A stretch of 64,000 nucleotides of DNA from Lophium mytilinum (Eukaryota), in the NCBI GenBank assembly GCA_010093605.1, contig MU004198.1, positions 1,180,726 to 1,244,725 on the forward strand, in the 5' to 3' direction. The position numbers and the translations under genes are program-made. This document shows positions 48,895 to 61,944 of the stretch, piece after piece (within the stretch, counting starts at the first letter, position 1; each line of letters opens with the position of its first letter). Below the pieces are notes generated by a model. That model saw only the letters and a list, made by a program, of their open reading frames with translations. It did no database searches and was not told the DNA's origin.

Positions 48895-50057
48895 TCAAGG
48901 CACGCCCTGAGCCCTCAACTTATCCTCCTCCAACCACCTCTGCATCCAATGCCACCCCCTCCCATGCGCCCTTGGCCCAACCGGATAACACGGCACGCCC
49001 GCCCTCTTCCACAGCTTCCACAGCATCGCATTCACATACCCCTGATTCCAAACATACAACTGCGTCCCCTCCAACCCCTCCGTATCCCCATTAACACATT
49101 CCGTCCTATACCAGCGCCTCATCCTCGCCTGTGACTTCTTCTCCGCAAACGTGTCGTTCAGCAGCGACGGCATGAACGCCGCGCGCAGATCGTCCGCCTC
49201 GTCGTTGTCGAGGCCCTCAGGGGCGGAGTGGAATTCGCCGGCGATGCATTCGGGGCCGGTATTGGCGCTGAGCGTGCGGCCGACGGGTTTGATGCGGTGG
49301 AGGACGGGGCTGGCGGGGGAGTATTTGTACTCGAATTCGTAGCCTAGCAGGCAGTGGTGGTTGTCAGCACTCACAAGACGCTGATAGAATATACGCGCTT
49401 GTCGTAGATCTGTGTACGCCTGTATGTCACTGCTTGAAGCGCCTGAGCCCCTTTCCAGAGTTGCGAAGCTCGTGTGCTTGACCGATCAGCGTACTCGCCA
49501 GGCAGCTTCAGACAGGATATACAAGATGCACATAGTTCGATGACGTCCTTAGGCGTCACGACAAAAGAACAGGGAGAAGAGTACTTACCCGCCCATTTCT
49601 CGTCATCAAACACCTCATCAATGCACATCGTACTCTCCACACTTGGCGAGTCTTCCCACCTCCCAAACGGCGCCGCCGCACCCGCGCTGACATGCAGCCG
49701 CGGCACGCTCTCGCCCACGCCCCGCGCGCTCGACACGCTGCCGGGCTCGCACACGTTGAACTGGTAGTCCTGCGTGTTGCTCCAGTAGAAAGCAACCTGG
49801 ATCGCCTCGTGGAACTGGTGAAAGGTCCAGCCTGCGGGGATGGAGAGGGTGCGGTGAGGGGACTCGGCACACTCCTCGCCGATGCCGCGCTCCGAGGGGA
49901 TCGTGATGTGGAAGAGGTAGTTTGGAAGTGGGGGTGGAGGAGGAGGTGGTGGTGGTGGTGGTGGTGGTTGGAGTCTACTGCGCTTGTTTGTGTCCGTGGT
50001 GGAGGTTGAGGGGGGATCAGGGCTTAGGGGTCGTTTCTGACGGTTGGACTGAGACAT
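48895..50057 (-). CDS. pRiA4b-ORF3 / MM3350-like domain protein; exons 50057-49589 and 49343-48895
   Basis: RTLSIPAGWTFHQFHEAIQVAFYWSNTQDYQF, then GYEFEYKY..HRIK..PECIAGEFHSAPE. Phase-1 intron GTAAGT..CTGAC..CTAG. N-terminal poly-Pro from a trinucleotide repeat. Confidence 0.72.
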
Positions 50058-51172
50058 GTCGAGCCTTGATCGAATGGATGTATGAAGGTGAATGTATAGA
50101 GAGAGACTATGATGGGATTGATAAAAGAGAGAGGTGGTGATGGGAGATGACTGTGATTTGAACGGTGAAGGATATCAAGGCCGTGAACTGACGTCTTAAT
50201 GGCTGAGGTCACGGATCTACACCATCCGATGTTTTGAGTAGGAGAAGCACTAATGGGGAACGAAAAGCACCAAAGGGGACAGTGACCAGAGCCGTGCGCA
50301 TCTACAAAGGGCAACATGCGCAGCCACTCGATGATGGAAGGTGGCTCTGGCTTCTGGTGAAGTGCACGGTGCGGTCAGTCCCCCTTTGCACTCCATTTGC
50401 TACTCACAGAGTCTAGCATAGCACCTGCGTTGACTGTGGAGTCCAGAAAGATGCTTTGCCCATACTGCTCTACAGCTGTTAGAAATCCCTCGACACGCCC
50501 TTAGAAATGTGAAACAAGATGCGAAGGAAAGTTGCCTGTGAGAACCCCTCGGACGGGCGTTCTATTAGATGTTTGTAATGGGGGTAGTCGCTCCACAACT
50601 CAGATCTACGCGAGTCATAGAGATCGATCTACGCGATCCACGCAAGGATCATGGCACTAGCTCAGGGAACTCCCACCACTAGCCAAGCATAGTCGACTCC
50701 CCACATGCTCCCTTGTCCGCACGTCCACAAGGCCTCCAAGGGAGTCTCTCCAGATTCCATTCTGCCGAGAGGGCCATGCTCGCGCCTGGCCCTATATGTG
50801 AGCCGCTACATGTGCACGATGGTATCCAGGCTGCCCAAACGAGCCTCTTCATCATGCCGCCCCTCCACCCGGCCGTGGTGCAGTAGTGGTTCACGCTAAT
50901 CGAGCGGCTAAGCCTTCGGAAGGCTATCTCCCGCAGCCACGCCACATAGGCCACGTACTGTACTCTAGAGTATCAGAAACAAGCAGCGTGCATGGCAAAG
51001 AAGATTATTCAAAGACTTCCTATTCGTCCAAACTTGACTATGTACATACGTAAAGCTGATAAGATACAGGGTAATTCCATCAGCGCCTCATCTCAGCAAT
51101 CCTGCAGGGCAGTACACACGCGCATGACCAGCGTCTAGCTCCATGCAGCCATCAAAATGATGCATAACCAAT

Positions 51173-52265
51173 CTACCGGATCCGATCGTTGATAGGCGCC
51201 GCCCTCATCTCCCTCTTCGCATTAGTGGACGCCGGCAAATAGTTCGTGCAGTCAGCGAGGTTGCTGCTGCCGCCTGGCACGCCGAGCAGCGACAATCTGG
51301 TCATGGCATCAGCGAATTTACCGCTCCACTTGCCCGCGTTGTTGACGAAGCCTTTGAACTCTTTGCCGACGGAAGTCTGGTTAGCCAGCGCGGTGTCCGA
51401 CGGGAAGACGAAGACGTTGGCAGGAGGGTTGAGGGTGTCCGAATAGTACTTCACATCCCACCGGCCGGGAGTGCTGTCTTGAGCCTGGCCGGCCTTGGAC
51501 GGGTCAACGTGGAATTGCTTCGATGTGGAATGGGCCCCTAGTAGCGCAGCGAGGTCGACGGCATCAAAACCCTTGTCTTGGAAAAGAGCATATAGAGAGT
51601 GTCCGGCTGCGTGAACGTCGGGGAGAAAACCGTTAGGTGCTGGGTTGCTGGAGTCTTTCCGGCCGACATAAGTCTTGATTCGGGGCCCACCAGGACATGT
51701 GACGATGGCGTGAGCTACGATAGTCAGCGGTGAATTTATACAGCACATGTCGCATGTTACTCACCACCCGCAAAAGTAATCAAGTCTGCCACTCCAACGC
51801 TTCGCTTCTGGGCAAGAGCGAGGAGCTTCGCAGAGATGTCCTGAAGTCCGTTGTTCTCGCTTCGGCCGGTTTCGGGCGCGAGGATCAATGAACCGTCACA
51901 ACCACCTATCACGTGATGTTAGGGATAGATCAACGGTGAACACGAAGTCAGCGGCACTCACCCGTGCTGCCTTGCGCTTTGTTCCACGTCCCGCAATCGT
52001 GGAAAGTTTCCCGAATAGCTGCACGAGCATCATCATTGCACTCGCCCGTGGACGTGTCAAGAAACATAGAAGTCAGGTCGGCAGAGACGGTCTTCCATAT
52101 AACAGGACAAGCCGCATCTTTCCGTCGAAATAGATCAGGAAATGCAACGCGCTTTGCAAGAGATGAGATTGAATCAACCTGAGGTAGGCTGAGGGAGCGT
52201 GGGATGGAAGGAAAAGACAAAGCGGAGGCAGTTGTTGCCAAAAGAAGGGTGTTGGAGATATGCAT
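51173..52265 (-). CDS. Secreted ascomycete class II heme peroxidase; exons 52265-51962, 51905-51765, 51714-51173
   Basis: Signal peptide; distal RAAIRETFHDC; GGCDGSL; ENNGL; VADLITFAG; CPGGPRIKTYVGRKD; proximal LLGAHS; DSTPGRWD; SD..L. Confidence 0.92.
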
Positions 52266-54501
52266 GGCGCTGATCAAGACAGAAGACAAGAAGCCAAGGA
52301 TGAAGTAGGAAGCTTGACACTGTTCTGAGTGGAGGTATAGAGGAGATTGAAGACGTCTCTGTTTGATCAACTCTTGGGGGTGGGTCATGGCTGCATTTAT
52401 ACCGAGGCCGTGGGAGTTCAGGCTGAGACAAGGAAGAATGCCTAGACCTCTCCATGGATTTGAGTTCGGATGATCTAGAAGACGTTGGCTTGCATGACTA
52501 GAATGTCTCCGTGTCGAGATCTGAGGTAGTTTGAGGTTCTTGGCAGAATTCAATAAAGCCGTGCATGGAAGCGAAGGCGTAGGTACATGAGTCCCAAGGC
52601 GCGGAGAACCGAGAAGGGCAGAACTTGGAGAGGCTTCTCTGTTCTTGGCGCGTGTACACTTTCTTGTCGGAAGTATCTGCACACTAGCGTGTTGGTGTTC
52701 GGGGTGGCCTCACGGGGATTCAGAATCTAGATGCCCTGTGATCTTGACACGGCGAGATCTAAGCTTGCCAGAAGCCTCGTTATTGACCAGCTACCTAACA
52801 GCAGGAATACATTCACAGTGGCGTCCAGCAAGGAACGGCGGCATCTAGGCAGTGGTTGGACCGTCTGTTGAGACGTATGATTCAGTACTATACTGGACGA
52901 AGAAGCAACCCATACCGGACAGTCCGTAAGAAAGCTGGGACAAAAAGTGATTGTCCGCACACGATTGGACGGATTCATTCGTGTTGGAGAGCCAGATTGG
53001 TGATTTTACGACAGGAAGCTGGCAGCGTGTGCTCTCCAGCTTCCAACGGAAGTCCGTGGCGTACCTGGTCCCGCCTGGTGTCGTCGTGAAGACTGAGATG
53101 GCCAAAAGACGTCGGCCTTTCTGCAGCCAAGAGGAGGTTCCTTGCGGTGGGTCTACAGCCAAGAAGAAGTTGTTTGCGGCGGAACGAGACATCGGTCCAT
53201 ACATGCTTCACGTGATTGGATACGCAGCGTGGTGGCTCTCATATCGGAATAGCTTTCGACCAAGAGTCTCAGTCGAGGTTAAGTTGGCGATGTTCCAGGC
53301 CAGGAGAATACACGTGGAGCCCAGATAAGAGCCCAGATAATGCAACGGAATCCTCCGGTATAAGCCGTGGAGTCTAAAATAAGCGCGGGATATGCGGAGA
53401 GGAGGTGGATCGGGCTCCTGGGACGGCTTGGCGGGAGATGTGCGAGGCTTCCCGCAGGTGATGGGCAGGCACAGACGGCAGCCTTGCTCTATTTGGATGT
53501 GCTGGCGCCGTTTTGGGGGTCGGCTGACAACTTAGTGACGGTGATTGGAGCCTTTAACGAGCCAGAGCTACGGATCTGCGGAATCTGAAAATTATTTAGT
53601 CCGACTGTCAGCTCTAATCTATCAGGCTCCGGTTTGTCGGGACCTGCTGTCAATGTTTTGTAGATCTAGGATCTCGGAGATGCTATGAAGACGATCTCTA
53701 CAAACCGCTTCAAGCTCACGAGCAGACTATGAGTTCTCCACAGGGCGAAATTTCAACCGCATGATTAAGCTGATTTGGAATCGGCGGGGCTGTGCGTTGG
53801 TTAAGAGGCGGCGATGTGGTAGCATACCGGCCCAGCTGAAAAGTACGTGCTGCAAATGGTAGAAGCCTGTCACCCACGAGGGCCAATGGCGGGCCGCATA
53901 AAAGATCCGACTCAGCGGCATTCTATGGAGCAAGTCCCCAGGCGTGAACCTGGCGATACGGTGAGGTAGATGGAGGTCGATGCTAGCGTTGCCTGATATG
54001 TGTTTGCGGCGATGAGACGCCTCCCTGAAGGCCTAGAACGTCAGGTACACTAGCTGCTTGGCAGCCTGCTCTGGCTGGCGGAATAGCTGCAAGACGTCGC
54101 AGGCTGGGTCCAGTGACTGGTCGGTGATGGTGGCCATGCTTGCCGCAGGGACAGGTGCGTCGCAATGAGGAGCCGGAGACGTAGCGATTGAGGAGTCTCG
54201 CCGAGAACTCAAACCAAAGCCTTTTTTTTCTCGACTACATACGTCAAACCAACGAGACTGCAAGATCGGCTTGAGCCTCCAGCTGAGTCCCTTGGCCAGT
54301 CCGTCGTGCGGCATGAGTGAAGATGCCTGGGACTCAAAACCGTCGTACTAGCACTCCAGGAAGCAACCATCCAACAATCCGAGGCTGGCGAGTACTCCTC
54401 GTGGAATCAGGTCCTTCAATCTGGCACAAAAGATCAGCGTCTGGGGACAGTTTTTGTCGGCACTTCCATCGACCCGAGAGCGTTGATCTCGTAGGGAACT
54501 T

Positions 54502-55102
54502 TCATAGCTTCGCTCTCGGCGTGGACACTATTCTTTCTAGCCCTCCCCTCAGGTCGGGTCCCATCCCATCCGCCCTAGGTTTCCGATTATCCCTGTCCAC
54601 AAAGACATGCACAAACACTCCGACTGCCTTAACCGCATCTTCTCCTCTTTCAAAGACCCCGATCTCGTAGGTTACGCTGCTCTTGCCCAACTTATTTACT
54701 CGCAATGCCAAATCTACCATAGCAGGGAATCCAACGGGAGAGAAGTAGTCGCAATGGGAATGTACGACCAGGCCGATGCGTTCCGAAGTCGGCGGGTTCA
54801 AGGCGCAGTGTTCCATCAGGTAGGTGTTCACGATTGAGTCGAAGCTGTGCTCGTTAGAGATATGCTACCCAGCGTGGTGTTGAGGGATGGACTCACAGAA
54901 AGTAATATATACTATTATTCATGTGATCATACATGTCGTTATCGCTCCTAGTCGTGGCTATCAGCATGCACAGCTTGAATTGCAATTCACTACTGTAGGA
55001 AGCACTCGTGAAGATGTTGCGGAATGATTACCATCGTGTCCGGTACTCCAACTGGAACTTGTAGTCACCCCGTGTGCGGCTCTTGAGGTCAGCTTGCGCC
55101 AT
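54502..55102 (-). CDS. Hotdog-fold acyl-CoA thioesterase (4HBT-like); 3 exons
   Basis: YRTRW|SDNDMYDHMNNSIYYFL|FDSIVNTYL, GLVVHSHCDYF, LRVNKLGKSSVTYEIG, VHVFVDR. Confidence 0.9.
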
Positions 55103-55364
55103 TGCAGATTATAAAAGCCTGCGACAAATAAACAGGACGATGGGATGCAAATGTTATAGAAGGATGGCCGTCGTGCCTCGGTGGAGATGAACCCTGGATT
55201 GAAGTTGACCCGAAATGCGGAGCCTCAAACACGCGTCACAGGCGTTACAAAATATCGGCCTCCAACCTCACCAATACCCCACCTATCCAGGCGACACCAC
55301 GTTGGCTCCCTCACCTCGCATTTTAGCCTATCTGGTGGGCAAGGGTCGTCTTCCTGCTCCGTCG

Positions 55365-56871
55365 ATGGCTCTGGTGCCCTCGCCCAAAAGCGAGTTCCAC
55401 GTCCCTCCCCCGGATACCTTCGAAGAGCCCCCCGCCGTTGTCGTCCCCGACGCTGGCGATCCCTGGCCACGGCCCTACTACCTCGAGAATGGCCTGAGGA
55501 AGGTCCGCCCGTACCATTTCACCTACAATACCTACTGCAAAGCGAGGTGGCGCGACAGGGAAATACTGGACATTTTTGCCAGCGAATTTCGAGACCGCCC
55601 GTTGGAGTACTATGTATGATTTTCAGACTCAAAGAATACCAAAATGCCTTCTACCACCAAGCTAATATATACAGAAAAGCGCCATCGAGTCTGGTTATAT
55701 CACGATTAATGGCAAGCCAATTCCTTCCCCAAGCTCCCTCATTCGAAACGGCGACGTGATTACGCATACCATCCACCGCCATGAAACTCCAGTTTCTGCC
55801 ACGCCTATTGGCATCGTTTACGAAGACAATGATCTCATAGTCATCAATAAGCCCGCGGGCGTGCCTGTTCACCCCGCCGGCCGGTACAACTTCAACTCCA
55901 TCACCGAGATTCTGCGCGCGGAGCGACACTACACCTTCAATCCTCTACCATGCCATAGACTGGACAGGCTGACAAGCGGGATCATGTTCATTGGCAAAAA
56001 TAAGGAAGCGGCAGAGCGCATGAGCGAGCAGATCCGGAGTCGGACCGTGAGGAAAGAATACATAACACGCGTTGTGGGCGAATTCCCCGAAGGCGAGGTC
56101 GTTTGCGATCAGCCCATCCTGCAGATTAGTCCCAAGCTAGGCCTCAATCGCGTCAGAGCGAATGGTAAGGAGGCGCGGACGGTTTTCAAGCGGCTGGCGT
56201 ATTACCCGCCGAAGGGTGGGGACAACGGTGTTGCTGGCGACATTGCAGAAAACCAGAAAACCAAGGGGATGGAATGGAAGAACCTTAGAGGGTACTCGAT
56301 CCTGCGGTGCATGCCGCTCACTGGTCGAACTCATCAGCTTCGAGTCCATTTACAGTTTTTAGGGCATCCAATTGCAAACGACCCAATATATTGCAATCAA
56401 CGCGTCTTTGGTCCGTCCCTTGGTCGTGGCGAAGAGGTTTCGGACAACGACGATGATATTATCACCAGACTCGGGCGCATGGGCAAAGATGAAGTAGCAG
56501 AGGCGGTGGCATACCATGATGAAATGGTCGACAACTACGAAAAGCGTCGAGCGGAGAAAATGTCAGGAGAAGTGTGCGAGTTCTGTCAAACGGCCCTCTA
56601 CACCGATCCCGGAGTGCATGAAATGGGAATCTATCTTCATGCCAAAAGATACGCCTGCACAGACGGGAAATGGGACTACGAGACTCCTCTGCCAGATTGG
56701 GCGCTGCCTCCGCCTGGCGTAGACGGTCCCACAGAAGCAACGAAGGAGTCGGACCCTCTAGCCGTGGACTTAAAGAAGTTGGGGCTCGAAGATGATGAAA
56801 GCTCCATCCAGGCCTCCAGTGAGACTCCCGAAGCACATTCATCACCAGCAGCGGTGTCTCTAGCTACTTGA
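55365..56871 (+). CDS. RluA-family tRNA pseudouridine synthase (Pus8/Rib2-Pus9-like); intron 55614-55674; possible upstream in-frame start 55215
   Basis: GLRKVRPYHFTYNTYCKARWR, HRHETPV, INKPAGVPVHPAGRY, catalytic HRLDRLTSG, LTGRTHQLRVHLQFLGHPIANDPIY, IYLHA. Confidence 0.93.
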
Positions 56872-57584
56872 AGTACATGGGTGGCGTCTGGCATATCAAT
56901 GTGTTTTTCTCAGCAGCGCGGCCCGCGCCGCTTCCGGGTCTCTGCCATACAAAATCTCTTCCCAGATCTTCGTACATTTCTCCACCGCTGTCTCAAGTGT
57001 CTCAAAGCTGTGACGTACATCTGGACTAGAGAAGTATATACGCTTCTAGGCAAGCGGTTATTCGCGACGCCATCTATACCTAGTTGTATCTACAAGGCCG
57101 CTTTATGAAGACCGCACTTGAACGATCAATCCCGTTTTTGCGGATAAGTTCAAGCGTCGCAAGCAATGGCAGAGGAGGGTACTCGGAATTATGGCGAACC
57201 AAGATAGATGCCGACATTAGAAATCAATATGTTAAGATATGAATAGAGAAAGGACTGGGACTGCGCAGAATGGGAGCCGCCCTCAAAGTCAAAATACCAG
57301 CGGCATGCCGGTTCGACCTTCCCATGGAAACTACCCGCTCACCCCACATCAAGATCATTCCCGCGAACGTTGGAATGACGGCATAGCTCATTCAGGCTAA
57401 AAGGAAATTACCTACCTAGGTAGTCAAGGCGTGGGCATCGATGCGGAGAATATGCCCCACTACGCTGGAGCCTCCAAGAAACTTTACCCCTCCATATCCA
57501 CTGTCGACTTTTATAGAAGCTCAGCTCATCTGTCGTTCTCGCATCAGAATTCTGATTAAATTTCGTAACACTACCGACATCGCA

Positions 57585-59056
57585 ATGGCAACGGGCAAGA
57601 CTGGTGTGGCTCTAATTGGTAGCGGTGCGTTCTTCTCTATCTTGTCGTGCAACTATGAGCATCTCTTGCAACCGTTTCTATATTCCGAATCAGCTCAAAA
57701 AACACCTTTGTATTTCATTTGCCAGGCGGTGGTCTCTAGTATGAGCCGCTTGGTTAAGATCTTGAACTTTCTCAAATGCGAGCCTATATTTTTGCTTCTT
57801 GCCCTGTAAATTTGTTCAAAAGCGTCACGAAATCCCTAGAGCAGTGGCGAATAATGGCGAAGAAATGGTACTTTTTCTAAGAACGGAGCTTGCCACCTAT
57901 CGTTCCCTTCAAAGGCAATACCATTTTCTAATAAACTCCTCATCTCTAGGACTCTTCGCGCAGGAAGAGCACCTCCCAGCCCTACTCGGCAACCCATCCC
58001 TCAAACTCGTCGCCATATACTCGCGTAGCCTCGCCTCAGCCAAATCCCTCTCAAAAGACCTGAAAGATGTGGATCTATACAGCGAAGACAGCGGGGAAGG
58101 GAAGGGATACGCCGATCTCCTGAAACGAGACGACTTGAAGGGCGTCATCGTCTGGTAGGACCATCGTACTTCATGGACATACCCACCATCTAACCGCACC
58201 CACCAGCCTCCCAATCTCCAACCAGCCCACCTTCATCAAACAAGCCCTCTCCGCCGGCAAGCACGTCCTCTCCGAAAAGCCCGTCGCCCCAACCCTCGCC
58301 GCCGCCAAAGACCTCATCGACTGGTACCGCGCCTCCATCCCCCCGAGCACCATCTGGGCCGTAGCCGAGAACTTCCGCTACCTGGATACTTTCCGCTACG
58401 GCGCGGAGCAAGTCTCGAAGCTAGGCCGTGTTCTCGGCCTGCGCGTGCGCATGGGCCAGATGGTGAAGCCGGGCGGCAAATGGTATGAGACCGCGTGGCG
58501 CAAGACACCGGATTACCAAGGCGGTTTCCTGCTGGACGGCGGGGTGCATTATATCGCTGGCACGCGGGTGTTCCTAGGACCGGCGAATGCGATTGTAAGG
58601 ACGAGCGCGCATACGCAGCAGCTGCAGGAGCATCTGCCGCCGGTGGATACGGTGGATGCGACTGTGAAGCTGGCAAGTGGGGCGACGGGGACGGTGTCGA
58701 TGAGTTTTGGGACCACGTTCAAGGGGAATGAGTACTCGGTTGCTTGTGAGAAGGGGACCGTGACGGTGTTAAGGGGGAAGGTGGTTGTGACCAAGGATGG
58801 AGAGGAGGAGGTGAAGGAGTTTCCGGATGAAGGGTCGGGGGTTACGCCGGAGTCGAGAGCGTGGGGGGAGAGTATAGTGTCTGGGAAGGCGGATCCGAGA
58901 CAGTCGCCTGAGGAGGCGTTGGCGGATTTGGAGCTGGTAGGTTTTGTTGTGTCTTTGGTTTATTGGTTCGTGGTTGCTAACGTGGAATAGCTGGAGGCTT
59001 TCTTGAGGAGTGGGGAACAGAATGGGGCGCCGGTTGAGCTGAAGTATTCTACCTGA
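57585..59056 (+). CDS. Gfo/Idh/MocA family NAD(P)-dependent oxidoreductase; 4 exons
   Basis: GVALIGSG|LFAQEEHLPA, ALSAGKHVLSEKPVA, AVAENFRY, QGGFLLDGGVH. Introns 57625-57949, 58155-58206, 58937-58990. Confidence 0.92.
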
Positions 59057-59834
59057 TCCGACGTACCGAGCCCAGCCATAGGCTCATGCACACACATTTC
59101 TCACTGCTTGCGGGGATTTGTACCCCTTGAATTTCGAAATTCTAGGCGCGATGTCATGTCTCAAGAAGTGCAAATCAGACTGCTCCTTGACTCACTAGCT
59201 ACTGGCTAGTTAAATTACTCCTCTCCGTGTTATCAAGTGAGCAGAAAATTGGAGCCGAGCATTGATGAATCCGTCTCCCTAAACTTTTGCCCTAGTACTG
59301 TGTTAATTATCATTAAAGGAGAATGCGCCATATATAGCGAGTGCGTTGAATCTACGCAGTGTGCATATTGAATCGTATAATTGAAAGATAGACGAGGTAA
59401 ACGGGAAAAAGTTTAGGCTATTGCTAAAAAGCGCCTGGCGCGCATAGTCGAGATGTGTAAACTTGGGGTGTCCCGAAGAAATTATCGATCATTTGAGGTG
59501 ATCGCTACGACATGATATTGATAGTACAGTGTTAGGTCATAAGTTTGGGCATATGGATATATTATTATTTCGGTTCTCTTCTTGCTTGATCGACATCACT
59601 GCAAAGAGTACCACAGCTAGCAGGCGTGAGCTTAGTAAAAAGGTAGTATTGAAGTCCACCACGTGGACCTTCAGGTTGTATTTGGAGTTCTAAAAGCTTA
59701 TATGGACACCGCATTTAGTTGCAAGGAGCGCCCAATCTTATGTCTTGGAGCTGTAGATAGGGCTTGACGAAGTCCGCGCGAAGAAGGTCAAAGGACAAGC
59801 ATCGAGTGCACACCGCCAAACCTCGCCCTCACTT

Positions 59835-60924
59835 TCAAAGGTACGACTGCTTCAGCCATCTAATGCAACTACTAAAGCGACGGATTAGCCAACGACAAGA
59901 AAAGATAGAAGACTCACCCATCCAACGAGAACAGAAAGTCAAGATCCATATCCTCAGTATCACCAAGCAGATCCCGTATCTCATGCAGGCAGCAATGCCA
60001 CGCAAACCAGTACTGCAACACCTGCCTAACGTACTTCCACCAGACACGCGGATCAACAGTGATCCGACGCCCCATCAAGTTCTCCACAATCCGAAACAAC
60101 GTCTCCGCAACCACCGTAATCGGCGCCCCAAATTCCGCCTCCCCAGACCCCTCCACATCCCTCGAGAGTCCCCCATACCTCCGCATCCAAGTGGCTAAGA
60201 TACGATACAGCATATCCGCCTCCCGCGTCCTCGCGAGCCATGCATCCGCCGGCGCGATCTGGGATATCGGCGCTGCCATCGGTACTGGAGTCGGATACAA
60301 CGACCGCCTATGCACCGGATCCCTCCCGCCGTCGAACCTCACGCGCGGGTGACCGGAACGCCGCGCTACGAGGATCATGACTTGCTCTAGCTCCGCAAGC
60401 GCAGTTTGGGTGTCTAGTATCGTGCAAGGCGAATCCGGCAGCATCTCCTCCAGGCGCATAGTCATGATCTCGCGATCTGTGAGGTTCGCAATGCGGCGGA
60501 TATGGGCGTACTGCTCAAGTGAGAGGTTGAAGGTGCGCATCATCATGTCCGCATCCGTCTCGGCTTGGGCTGTGATGCGGAGATGCGAGAGGCCGGGGGT
60601 GGGGATGGGAGTGCGGCAGTTGGGGCAACCAGGCTTCTCGCTCAACCAGCGGCTGATGCAGAAGCGGCAGAATGTGTGGTTGCAGGGGGTGCGGACGGGG
60701 TCGGTGGGGATAGCGGCCGCGGGGGCTTGGATGGAGAATGGGAGGGAGGCGAGCAGGCGGAGGTTGGGACGGTGGTAGTAGTCGTCGACATCTGGAAGTT
60801 CGCCGAAGGGGCGGTCGCAGATTTGGCAGTCCGGGTCGTCTGATGGGGTTAGAGTGGCTGGGGTTAGTGAGGCCTGGAGTGTCGCGAAGAAGGGGTGGTT
60901 GAGGAGTTCTTGTGGGAAGCTCAT
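59835..60924 (-). CDS. RING-finger (C3HC4) protein, putative E3 ligase; intron 59917-59872
   Basis: CQIC..PVRTPCNHTFCRFCISRWL..CPNCR. A short terminal exon joins in frame. Confidence 0.82.
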
Positions 60925-61944
60925 GTTTCTGGTAAGCTTTCTTTGGGAAAATTTGCAGGGAATGTTGCAGTAGAGTAGCTGATACAGCAGATTTTGCACC
61001 TATTTATGAGAAGATGACTTTATTAAGACACAGGTATGTGAGAGCATTGTAGACTCACATTGTCGTGATCATTTCGAGAGGGTAGGTGCTAGACGACAAA
61101 GACATTGTAAACGCGAGAAGATCATTCTGAGTATCAATTTCCTAGTCTTGAACTCACCATTGAGACACAGTCGCTCGAGTGGCAAAACTCGAACGCAGCT
61201 GTACTACGAATGCTTCGCTAATTGACGAATGTCTAGCCATGGAGAGTTTGAGGATGAAATCGCAATATGAGAGATAGAAAGAGACATGATTAGCCTCATA
61301 AAGGACTAGGCCATGAGTCTAGGCAGACGGATACAGCACAGGTCAACTCCAATCTTGCTGAATCGATATCCCAGGGCAGTGTTGAACCGGTATGCATAGA
61401 CTCGCTACTGTACCTTGAAAATCTTGTTCCCTTGTGAAGCGATTCCAACGAACAGCGCTTTATTTAACTACTACACGTCCTATGCAATCTAAAAGTTTGA
61501 GTGCATGTGGTAAATAAGTAGGCTTCATGCCTAGCGGGATGCGAAATAGCGAAAGGAGTCAATATTCGGGCCGAGGAGCCGAATCTGAACGTGGGCTTGA
61601 GTAGTGGAAGGATGTTGTGGAGGCTGATGAGGAATGGAATGAAGTCGAGAAAAGGTCGTGAGCTTGGACCACCTCCCTCACGTCTGAATCTTGGCGTCCC
61701 ATTTCTTCCTCCACTTCTTTCATGTCGCATCTTAAGCTCTTGGAATATAATATCGACGGTTTGTGTTTAAGTTATGTACACATCAACGAGTACCTAGCAG
61801 AATCGTCAAACGAATCACAGCAGATTTCGTGGTATTCATACAATGTTTAGGATACATACTGATTCCACGTAAGGGGTCCACAGCTTGTTAACGACCCCAA
61901 AACCACTCATAGCTACTCAGGTCTCGCTACTACCCCTCCTCACT

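Noticed and set aside
53317..53340. 12-bp direct duplication GAGCCCAGATAA x2
   Set aside because: Isolated slippage duplication with no element ends nearby.
57625..57949. Unusually long (325 nt) intron as a snoRNA host
   Set aside because: No C/D boxes and no convincing H/ACA two-hairpin structure by eye.
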